In this document: positions 26,604 to 33,507 of the stretch, piece by piece
Numbering within the stretch: the stretch's first letter is position 1
Layout: the number at the start of each line of letters is the position of its first letter
From: Rhodoferax sp.
GTDB lineage: Bacteria > Pseudomonadota > Gammaproteobacteria > Burkholderiales > Burkholderiaceae_C
Assembly: GCA_031416855.1 (NCBI GenBank)
Contig: JANOUM010000365.1
Coordinates: forward strand, 1-33,507
Reading direction: 5' to 3'
Length of the DNA: 33,507 nt
Position numbers and translations under genes: made by a program
The notes under the pieces: generated by a model
What the model saw: only the letters and a program-made list of their open reading frames with translations
What the model was told of the DNA's origin: nothing
The model's database searches: none

Positions 26604-26812
26604 TTTTGCGAGGGCAAGTATCTGCGACTTCTGAATCGCTTCGTGCGAGAATTACCAATGAACTGATTGACGGAAGGGTTGCCTCACCACCCGTTGATCG
26701 TCAGCCTGTTGATCACTTGGTTGAGCATATGGTGACACCAACCCACCATCGTGGGTACCAGATCGTGGTGGCTGCACAAGCGCGGGCGAGGCAATCCAAC
26801 GGAGACTGTGAA

Positions 26813-27961
26813 ATGGGACCATTGACGGGAATCAGGGTTGTGGAAATGGCAGGCATCGGGCCGGCACCCTTTTGCGGGATGCTACTGGCCGACATGGGTG
26901 CGGATGTGCTGAGCGTCGACAGGCTGACGCCCTCCGACCTGGGCTTTGCGATCGAGCGGCGCTATGACCTGCTCAATAGAGGCAAGCGCGCCGTGGCGGT
27001 CAATCTGAAGAGTCCCGACGGCATCGGTGCAGTACTGGATCTGGTGCGATCCGCCGACCTGTTGATCGAGGGCTTCCGGCCGGGCGTCATGGAGCGGCTT
27101 GGCCTGGGGCCCAATCCCTGCCAGGAGGTCAATCCACGCCTGGTCTATGGCCGCATGACCGGCTGGGGCCAGGACGGCCCGCTAAGCCAACAGGCGGGCC
27201 ACGACATCAACTACATTGCGTTGGCCGGAGTGCTCGACGCCATTGGCCCCAAGGCGGGAGCGCCGGTTGTCCCCCTCAACCTGATTGGCGATTTTGCCGG
27301 CGGGGCAACGTACCTCGCCATGGGGCTGGTGGCCGCGTTGCTAGAGGCCAAGAGCTCGGGCCAGGGCCAGGTGATCGACGCCGCCATGTTCGACGGCGCA
27401 ATCAACCTCATGACCATGCACCACGGTTACCGCCAGGCCGGCATCTGGGCGCCTTCCCGCGGATCCAACGCCGTCGACGGAGGGGCACCCTACTACACCA
27501 CCTACCGCGCGCAAGACGGCAAATATGTCGCCGTGGGCGCTGTCGAACTGCGCTTTTACCGCGAGCTGATCGAGCGCCTGGGGTTGGCGGGTGAGTCCCT
27601 GCCCAACCGCGACGATCCGGCCCAATGGGACGCCTTGTACCAACGCCTGGCGACGGTGTTTGAAACCAGGACACGCGACGAGTGGGCGCGCCATTTTGCC
27701 GACGGCGACGCCTGCGTCTCACCCGTGCTGACCATGGAGGAAAGCATGGCACATCCGCACGCGCTGGCGCGGCACAACTTCCTGCATGCGGACGGCGTGG
27801 CCGAGCCGGCACCCGCGCCAAAGTTCAGTCGCACGCCCGGCAACGTCCGCCATGCACCGGTCAACCCCCGAGCCGACACCGCAGCTGCACTGCGGCATTG
27901 GGGGTTTGCGGACAATCGCATCGACAGTCTGGCTGCGGCGGGCGTCATTGCCCCTGCCTGA
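26813..27961 (+). CDS. Family III CoA-transferase, alpha-methylacyl-CoA racemase-like
   Basis: MGPLTGIRVVEMAGIGPAPF, NRGKR, EGFRPGVMERLGLGP, GHDINY and GDFAGG (His/Asp pair of AMACR); RBS GGAG before ATG 26813. Confidence 0.9.
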   Translation: MGPLTGIRVVEMAGIGPAPFCGMLLADMGADVLSVDRLTPSDLGFAIERRYDLLNRGKRAVAVNLKSPDGIGAVLDLVRSADLLIEGFRPGVMERLGLGPNPCQEVNPRLVYGRMTGWGQDGPLSQQAGHDINYIALAGVLDAIGPKAGAPVVPLNLIGDFAGGATYLAMGLVAALLEAKSSGQGQVIDAAMFDGAINLMTMHHGYRQAGIWAPSRGSNAVDGGAPYYTTYRAQDGKYVAVGAVELRFYRELIERLGLAGESLPNRDDPAQWDALYQRLATVFETRTRDEWARHFADGDACVSPVLTMEESMAHPHALARHNFLHADGVAEPAPAPKFSRTPGNVRHAPVNPRADTAAALRHWGFADNRIDSLAAAGVIAPA

Positions 27962-28026
27962 GGCATCGAGTCGGCGCATGATTGTCGACGCCGGACTTGC
28001 ATACGCGGTCTGGACACGGTACCATT

Positions 28027-28063
28027 ACCGAACGGTCGCTTACAATTAGGTAGAGTACGGTAC
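28027..28063. promoter_or_regulatory. Palindromes ACCG-AA-CGGT and GTAC-G-GTAC upstream of dctP
   Basis: Two short inverted repeats (28027-28036 and 28055-28063) in a 170-bp intergenic region. Confidence 0.35.
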
Positions 28064-28130
28064 GTCAAATTACCAGATTGCTGCCTGCAGTTCGGTTCCG
28101 GATACATATTTCAATAGCTAGGAGACAAAC

Positions 28131-29156
28131 ATGAAATTTACCAATTCAGCACTGGGCCTGGTCCTGGCGGCGTCCGCCGTCGCGGCCAATGCGCAGACGG
28201 TCACGATCCGGGTTCACCATGCGACGCCCGGTTCGTCAATCTACCAGACCGAACTGATTCAACCCTGGTGCGACAAGATCGCTGCGCAGTCATCCAACCG
28301 GATGAAATGCGAGATCTACCCGTCGATGCAACTGGGCGGCACAGCAGCGCAGTTGTTCGACCAGGTTCGCGACGGCATCGTGGACGCCACGTGGACCAAT
28401 CCCGGGTTCAAACCGGGCTCATTTACCAAGACCGAGGTTTTCGAACTGCCGTTCATGGTTAGAGGCGCTGAAAGCGGAAGCCGAGCCTTGTGGGACTTCA
28501 TCCAGGCCCACGCCATGGATGAATACCGTGGCGTGAGAGTGGTATGGGTCGCGATGACAGACCCGCAATTGCTGCACTTCAGCAGCAAGAATGTCAGGAC
28601 GCTGGAAGATTTAGCCAACCTCAAGGTTCGTGCGCCCAGCCGGTACGCGGCCAAGGGCCTGGCCGCTCTTGGAATGGCGACGGTGCAATTGCCGTCGATG
28701 GCGATCACGGAGTCGTTGGCAAAGGGCGTTATCGATGGCACGATGATGACCTGGAGCGGTGTGCCCATGCTCAAGCTTGACGAAGTCACCAAGTTCCACC
28801 TGGATGTGCCAGAGGGACAGACCGGTTTCTTCGCCAGTTCCACGGTGTTCGCCATGAATCCCGCGAAGTACGACAGCTTGCCGGCTGATCTGAAGAAGGT
28901 CATCGATGCGAACAGCGGTCCGGACGCGTCGGCCGTTGCGGGCAAGTTTTTTTCCGACAAGATCAGCGCCTACGCGCCCTTGGGCAATGCCGGTGGTGGC
29001 CGCAACGTGCGACTCAGCAGGGAAGAGTATGCACGTTGGGTCAAGGCCACCGAATCGGTTGAAGTCGACTGGGTGAAGGAAGTCAGCGCCAAGGGGCCTG
29101 ACGGAAAGAAGATGCTGGATGACGCCAAAGCGCTGGTGAACAAATACGCTCGCTAA
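28131..29156 (+). CDS. dctP: TRAP transporter substrate-binding protein
   Basis: Signal peptide (..AANA/Q), IYPSMQLGG, DQVRDGIVD, VFELPF, LKVR, MNPAKYDSLPADLKKVID; RBS AGGAG. Confidence 0.93.
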   Translation: MKFTNSALGLVLAASAVAANAQTVTIRVHHATPGSSIYQTELIQPWCDKIAAQSSNRMKCEIYPSMQLGGTAAQLFDQVRDGIVDATWTNPGFKPGSFTKTEVFELPFMVRGAESGSRALWDFIQAHAMDEYRGVRVVWVAMTDPQLLHFSSKNVRTLEDLANLKVRAPSRYAAKGLAALGMATVQLPSMAITESLAKGVIDGTMMTWSGVPMLKLDEVTKFHLDVPEGQTGFFASSTVFAMNPAKYDSLPADLKKVIDANSGPDASAVAGKFFSDKISAYAPLGNAGGGRNVRLSREEYARWVKATESVEVDWVKEVSAKGPDGKKMLDDAKALVNKYAR

Positions 29157-29167
29157 GGGGCTCCAGG

Positions 29168-29719
29168 ATGGCTGAAGAATTCGACGCAGCCGCGCCTGCG
29201 GATCCTGGTGTTGGCACCATCGGCAAGCCCCTGGCGGCGATGGCGCGGTGGATGGCCCTGGCCGGCGGGCTGATGCTGGTGTGCATCCTGTTGCTGATCG
29301 TGGTTTCGGTCGTGAGCCGCAAGTTGTTTGCATTGCCCGTGCCTGGTGACGTGGAACTGACGAGCGTCACGGCGGCAGTCGCGACCGCCTGGTTTTTCCC
29401 CTGGTGTTTTGCGGTATCGGGCAACGTGAAGGTCGACTTCTTTACCAATCGATGGAATAGCCGGTGCATTGCCGCGCTGGAGGCGATGAGTGCGCTGCTG
29501 ATCGCGCTGCTGGCGATCACCATTGCATGGCGGACCGGCGTCGCCGCGGTGTCGATTCACGAGGCGCAGGAGATCTCGGCAATCCTCGGCGTCCCAACCT
29601 GGCTTTCCTATGTTGGCATGGTGCCGGGTTTTGCCTTGCTCGCATTGCTTGCCATCCACCGCTTTGCGCAACTGGCGCTTGAGGCCCTGGGATTGACAGA
29701 ACCCGGGATCAGCACGTGA
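29168..29719 (+). CDS. dctQ: TRAP transporter small permease
   Basis: Four hydrophobic segments, PVPGDVEL, GNVKVDFF; located between dctP and dctM. Confidence 0.88.
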   Translation: MAEEFDAAAPADPGVGTIGKPLAAMARWMALAGGLMLVCILLLIVVSVVSRKLFALPVPGDVELTSVTAAVATAWFFPWCFAVSGNVKVDFFTNRWNSRCIAALEAMSALLIALLAITIAWRTGVAAVSIHEAQEISAILGVPTWLSYVGMVPGFALLALLAIHRFAQLALEALGLTEPGIST

Positions 29720-29801
29720 GCGCCGGTGCGAAATTGGTCATTTGTCCCGCATCCCCGCTCGCTGGAGCAAATGCCCTGCGTAGCCACATGGAGAATGCCG
29801 A

Positions 29802-31127
29802 ATGAGCGGTGCACAAATCGGGTTGCTCACGTTTGCCGTGATGCTGGTGATGATGTTCTTTCGCGTGCCGATCGGCATCGCGATGTTGGTCAGCGGTGCC
29901 GGCGCCTACATACACCTGACCGGCGACTCGATCACTCCGTTGCTGAATTTCTTCAAGAATCTGGCCTATGCGCGGCTCTCGAACTACGATTTGGTCGTCA
30001 TTCCCCTGTTCCTCCTGATGGGCCAGTTTGCCACCCACGGCAACCTTTCCCGAGGGTTGTTCAGGTTCATTACGTCGTGTGTTGGCCACCGGCGCGGCGG
30101 CGTCGCGATGGCCGCGGTGGGTGCCTGCGGTGCCTTCGGCGCGATATGCGGCAGTTCGCTCGCCACAGCGGCGACGATGGGGCAGGTTGCGTTGCCAGAA
30201 CTACGGCGCCTGAATTATTCAGGCGCGCTTTCAACCGGCGCGTTGGCCGCCGGGGGGACGCTCGGCATCCTGATCCCTCCATCGATCCCGCTGGTGATCT
30301 ATGCGATCCTGGTCGGGGAATCGATCGGAAAACTGTTTATGGCGGCGGTAATTCCCGGCGTGATTGCGATGCTGGGATATATGGTCGTGATCAAGGTGAT
30401 GGTGACACTGGACCCGACATCGGGACCGGCCGGTCCGCGCGTGGCGTGGGGGCCACGCTTTCACGCATTTCTGCAGGTCCTGCCCATCGTGCTCGTGTTC
30501 GTGGTCGTTGTCGGCGGCATCTATGGTGGCTGGGCAACTCCCACCGAAGCGGCAGCCATCGGTGCCGCTGCCGCCGGGGTTATCGCGGTGGCCGGCGGCA
30601 TGCGGATGCCGGGCATTGTGTCAAGCGTGCTCGGTACCGCTGCTGGCAGCGCCATGATCCTGCTGGTTCTGCTCGGCGCCGACATGCTGAATACGACACT
30701 GGCGCTGACCCAGATGCCGGCCGCACTTGCCACTTGGGTGCAAGGACTGGGACTGCCATCGTTGGCAATCGTTTTTGTCGTGATCCTGATCTACCTGTTC
30801 CTGGGCTGCGTGATGGAATCCATGTCGATGATCATGCTCACCGTTCCCATGTTCTACCCGATGATCATGGGGCTCGACATCATGGGCATGCCACAGGCCG
30901 ACAAGAGCATCTGGTTCGGCATCATCTGCCTCACCGTGGTGGAGGTGGGCCTGATCCATCCACCGGTCGGCATGAACGTCTACCTGATCAACCGGCTGGC
31001 CGGCGATGTGCCCTTGATGGATACCTTCCGGGGGGTAGTGCCATTTCTGATTGCAGATGGGCTGCGCACGGTCTTGCTGGTGACCGTGCCGTCGTTGTCC
31101 CTCTTTCTGGTTCATCGGTTTTCCTGA
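29802..31127 (+). CDS. dctM: TRAP transporter large permease
   Basis: IPLFLLMG, GAICGSSLATAA, GTLGILIPPS, TPTEAAA, GLIHPPVGMN. Confidence 0.93.
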   Translation: MSGAQIGLLTFAVMLVMMFFRVPIGIAMLVSGAGAYIHLTGDSITPLLNFFKNLAYARLSNYDLVVIPLFLLMGQFATHGNLSRGLFRFITSCVGHRRGGVAMAAVGACGAFGAICGSSLATAATMGQVALPELRRLNYSGALSTGALAAGGTLGILIPPSIPLVIYAILVGESIGKLFMAAVIPGVIAMLGYMVVIKVMVTLDPTSGPAGPRVAWGPRFHAFLQVLPIVLVFVVVVGGIYGGWATPTEAAAIGAAAAGVIAVAGGMRMPGIVSSVLGTAAGSAMILLVLLGADMLNTTLALTQMPAALATWVQGLGLPSLAIVFVVILIYLFLGCVMESMSMIMLTVPMFYPMIMGLDIMGMPQADKSIWFGIICLTVVEVGLIHPPVGMNVYLINRLAGDVPLMDTFRGVVPFLIADGLRTVLLVTVPSLSLFLVHRFS

Positions 31128-31207
31128 TCGGCACCAGCAGGCTTGACCTTGCCCGCGCTTGACCTTCTGCCCATCGGCAGGTGCCGACACTTTTCACACG
31201 GCCCGGC

Positions 31208-32851
31208 ATGATGGCTGACACAAATTCACTGGCGGCCCGCGGCCAGGCGATGCGTGCGGCTGGCTACTGGATCGACAGGACGATGGATGAATTCCTGGTC
31301 GAGTCGATCCGGCTTGACCCCGACAAAACCGTGATCGTCGCCCATCGGGTCGACCGCGGCGCGGCGCGACGTGTCAGCTACCGCGAGCTGGGCGACATGG
31401 TCGCGCGTGCCGCAGGCGCGCTGCGGGCGATGGGTGTCGTGCCAGGGGATGTTGTTTCAGTGCAACTTCCCAACTGGTGGGAGTTCGTCGTCACGGCGTT
31501 CGCATGTGGCCGCATTGGTGCCGTCGTCAACCCGCTGATGCCGATCTTTCGCGAGCGCGAACTGCGCTACATGTTGGGCTTTGCCCAAAGCAAGGTGCTG
31601 ATCGTGCCGCAGATGTATCGCGGCTTCGACCACGCGGCAATGGCCACGGGGTTGCGCGTGGAATTGCCGAACCTGCGACACATAGTGGTGGTCGACGGCG
31701 ATCCAAAAAACAGCTTCGATCACCGCATGCTCCAGTGTGCGGCACCCGTCGCATGCTCCGAGGACCGGGCATCAGCGGCGTTGCAACCCGACGACGTCAG
31801 TGTGATGGTTTTCACCTCCGGCACCACGGGGGACCCCAAGGGCGTCATGCACAGCTCCAATACGCTGCTCGCATGCCTGAATGCGCTGCGTGGGCGCTTC
31901 GGTCTGGCCCCAGACGATGTACTGTTGTGCGCGACGCCGGTCGGGCACATGACGGGTTACGCAGCCGTCATGATGCTGGCAATACGGCTTGGTGGCAGCA
32001 TGGTGCTGCAGGACGTATGGGATGGGGCGCGGGGCGTCGCACTGATGGCGGAAGAAGGTGTGACCTACACCGCGGCATCCACGCCGTTTCTGACCGATAT
32101 CTGCGATGCGGTGGCGACGGGCGCGCCTCGCCCGCGGCGGCTTCGCTCCTTTCTTTGCGGCGGCGCACCCATTCCGCCCATGCTGATCGAACGCGCGGCC
32201 CGTGAACTCGACCTTGCCGTGTGTTCACTCTGGGGGATGACGGAGGCCCTTTCCGGCACGTTGACCGAGCCACAAAGGGCGGCCGAAAAATCGTCCACCA
32301 CCGACGGTCGGCCGCTTGAAGGCATGGAAGTGCTGGTGGCAGATGCCGACGGCCAGCCATTGCCGGTGGGCCAGACAGGTCGCCTGCTGGTTCGGGGAGC
32401 GCAGCTATTTCTGGGATATTTCAAACGCCCGGATCTGACGACGTATGACGCCGACGGCTGGTTTGATACCGGGGACCTTGCCTACATGGACCAGGAAGGC
32501 TACATCCGGATCAATGGCCGCACCAAGGATGTGCTGATCCGTGGCGGTGAAAACGTGCCGATATTCGAGATCGAGAGCCTGCTGGTGGCGCATCCGGCAG
32601 TCGCTGCTGCGGCCGTTGTCGGATATCCAGACCGGCGCCTGGGCGAGCGCGCCTGCGCTTTCGTGGTTCTGAAGCCCGGTGCCAGCTTCGACCTCGCCGC
32701 GCTTCAGGAGTACATGGCGCAATCCCAGGTGACGAAGCAGTACTGGCCTGAACGTGTACGGGTCGTATTGGAGTTGCCGCGCACTCCCACCGGAAAGATC
32801 CAGAAATTCCGCTTGCGGGAAATCGCTGCAGCGGAAACGCCGACGTCTTGA
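31208..32851 (+). CDS. Cyclohexanecarboxylate-CoA ligase-like (AliA family) AMP ligase
   Basis: QLPNWWEF..NPLMPIFRERELRYML..RGFDHAAM, FTSGTTGDPKGVMH, GHMTG, WGMTE, KQYWPE; closely resembles AliA from memory. Start 31208 is preferred; GTG 31181 is an alternative. Confidence 0.82.
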   Translation: MMADTNSLAARGQAMRAAGYWIDRTMDEFLVESIRLDPDKTVIVAHRVDRGAARRVSYRELGDMVARAAGALRAMGVVPGDVVSVQLPNWWEFVVTAFACGRIGAVVNPLMPIFRERELRYMLGFAQSKVLIVPQMYRGFDHAAMATGLRVELPNLRHIVVVDGDPKNSFDHRMLQCAAPVACSEDRASAALQPDDVSVMVFTSGTTGDPKGVMHSSNTLLACLNALRGRFGLAPDDVLLCATPVGHMTGYAAVMMLAIRLGGSMVLQDVWDGARGVALMAEEGVTYTAASTPFLTDICDAVATGAPRPRRLRSFLCGGAPIPPMLIERAARELDLAVCSLWGMTEALSGTLTEPQRAAEKSSTTDGRPLEGMEVLVADADGQPLPVGQTGRLLVRGAQLFLGYFKRPDLTTYDADGWFDTGDLAYMDQEGYIRINGRTKDVLIRGGENVPIFEIESLLVAHPAVAAAAVVGYPDRRLGERACAFVVLKPGASFDLAALQEYMAQSQVTKQYWPERVRVVLELPRTPTGKIQKFRLREIAAAETPTS

Positions 32852-32875
32852 CGGCAAACTGCGGGCTCAGCCCGC

Positions 32876-33406
32876 TCATGCCTTCGCGAGCAGGTCCGCC
32901 AATGCCGGAACTTCTCCACCGGCAGGATCGAACCCCAGTGGCAGGTACCAGGCGCGGTCGAAGGTGATGCGCTCGTGCGTCGCGTCCAGAACGCACCGCT
33001 CTACCCTGCGACGGATTTGTGCATCGAAACCTGCCGATTCGCGGATCAATTCCCGAATAACCGCGGCGAGTGTTGCCGCAGCGGACTTGAGCGCCGGACT
33101 CGACGCAGCCGCAAGCGCGCATGCATTCGCTCCGTCCTGAATAGCAGTCCCGAGCAGCGCCATGGTGCCGTCCGAGCCGGGCACCCCAAGCTCGTCGAGT
33201 GCACGCGCCATGGTCAGGTTGTGGTCCAACTCGAATCGGTCACGTTCGTGGAAAAAATCCAGACGCTGGCGCACGAACTCCAGATAGTCCACCACCAGTC
33301 GCAGTTGCTCGATCGCCAGCGGGTCGGCATGGCCAATGGCCGGAGCGACGATATCCCTCAAGGCCTTGACGGCCGCACGCAGGCCGTTCTCAGTGACATC
33401 TGTCAT
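32876..33406 (-). CDS. Hypothetical protein, probably mainly helical
   Basis: 176-aa ORF with RBS AAGGAG and a TGATG overlap with the upstream ORF; no family recognised. Confidence 0.7.
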   Translation of the reverse strand: MTDVTENGLRAAVKALRDIVAPAIGHADPLAIEQLRLVVDYLEFVRQRLDFFHERDRFELDHNLTMARALDELGVPGSDGTMALLGTAIQDGANACALAAASSPALKSAAATLAAVIRELIRESAGFDAQIRRRVERCVLDATHERITFDRAWYLPLGFDPAGGEVPALADLLAKA

Positions 33407-33507
33407 CAGATCCGCTCCTTTAAAAGGCACGCGAGATCCAGGCACACCGAGGGCGCCATGCCCTTGACCCGGGTCAACAAGACATCCTGATGCGACTTGC
33501 CCAGCCG
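33406..33507 (-). CDS. 3' end of an upstream gene (partial; product uncertain)
   Basis: Open frame RLGKSHQDVLLTRVKGMAPSVCLDLACLLKERI* whose TGA overlaps the next ATG. Confidence 0.5.
   Translation of the reverse strand, partial: RLGKSHQDVLLTRVKGMAPSVCLDLACLLKERI

Noticed and set aside
26456-26812. 119-aa N-terminal extension of the racemase-like ORF
   Set aside because: Family similarity begins at MGPLTG (26813), which has its own RBS.
33464-33477. Perfect palindrome TTGACCCGGGTCAA
   Set aside because: Single copy inside a probable coding frame, with no supporting context.
1-33507. CRISPR arrays, IS elements, RNA genes
   Set aside because: No regularly spaced repeats, transposase or integrase motifs, terminal inverted repeats or tRNA/rRNA structures were seen, despite the Cas4-like nuclease.

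Overview
GC-rich window, probably betaproteobacterial (inferred from GC content and gene families), with two parts. (1) Bases 1-2865 are the edge of a minus-strand defence-like cluster: a truncated vWA gene, a frameshifted HIT hydrolase translationally coupled to an SBD-HNH (phosphorothioate-reader type) restriction endonuclease, and a TM0106-family Cas4/RecB-like nuclease that runs off the left edge and is absent from the ORF track. (2) Bases ~3190-33507 are a CoA-dependent catabolic island for unknown organic acids. It encodes three acyl-CoA ligases (one AliA-like), three crotonases, SDRs (one AtuB-like), a BKACE cleavage enzyme, an SCP2-type thiolase paired with a Cys-less HMG-CoA-synthase-fold/DUF35 fusion, an acyl-CoA dehydrogenase plus APH-kinase pair followed by a stand-alone molybdopterin enzyme, an ATP-dependent dehydratase activase, a Zn-ADH, an AMACR-like family III CoA-transferase, a TRAP transporter, and MarR and TetR regulators. 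The window is eroding: seven pseudogenes or remnants, with four -1 frameshifts in short G/C runs. Several palindromic operator candidates recur. No tRNA, rRNA, CRISPR array, integrase or transposase was found. All family calls come from motif recognition by eye; no database searches were run.
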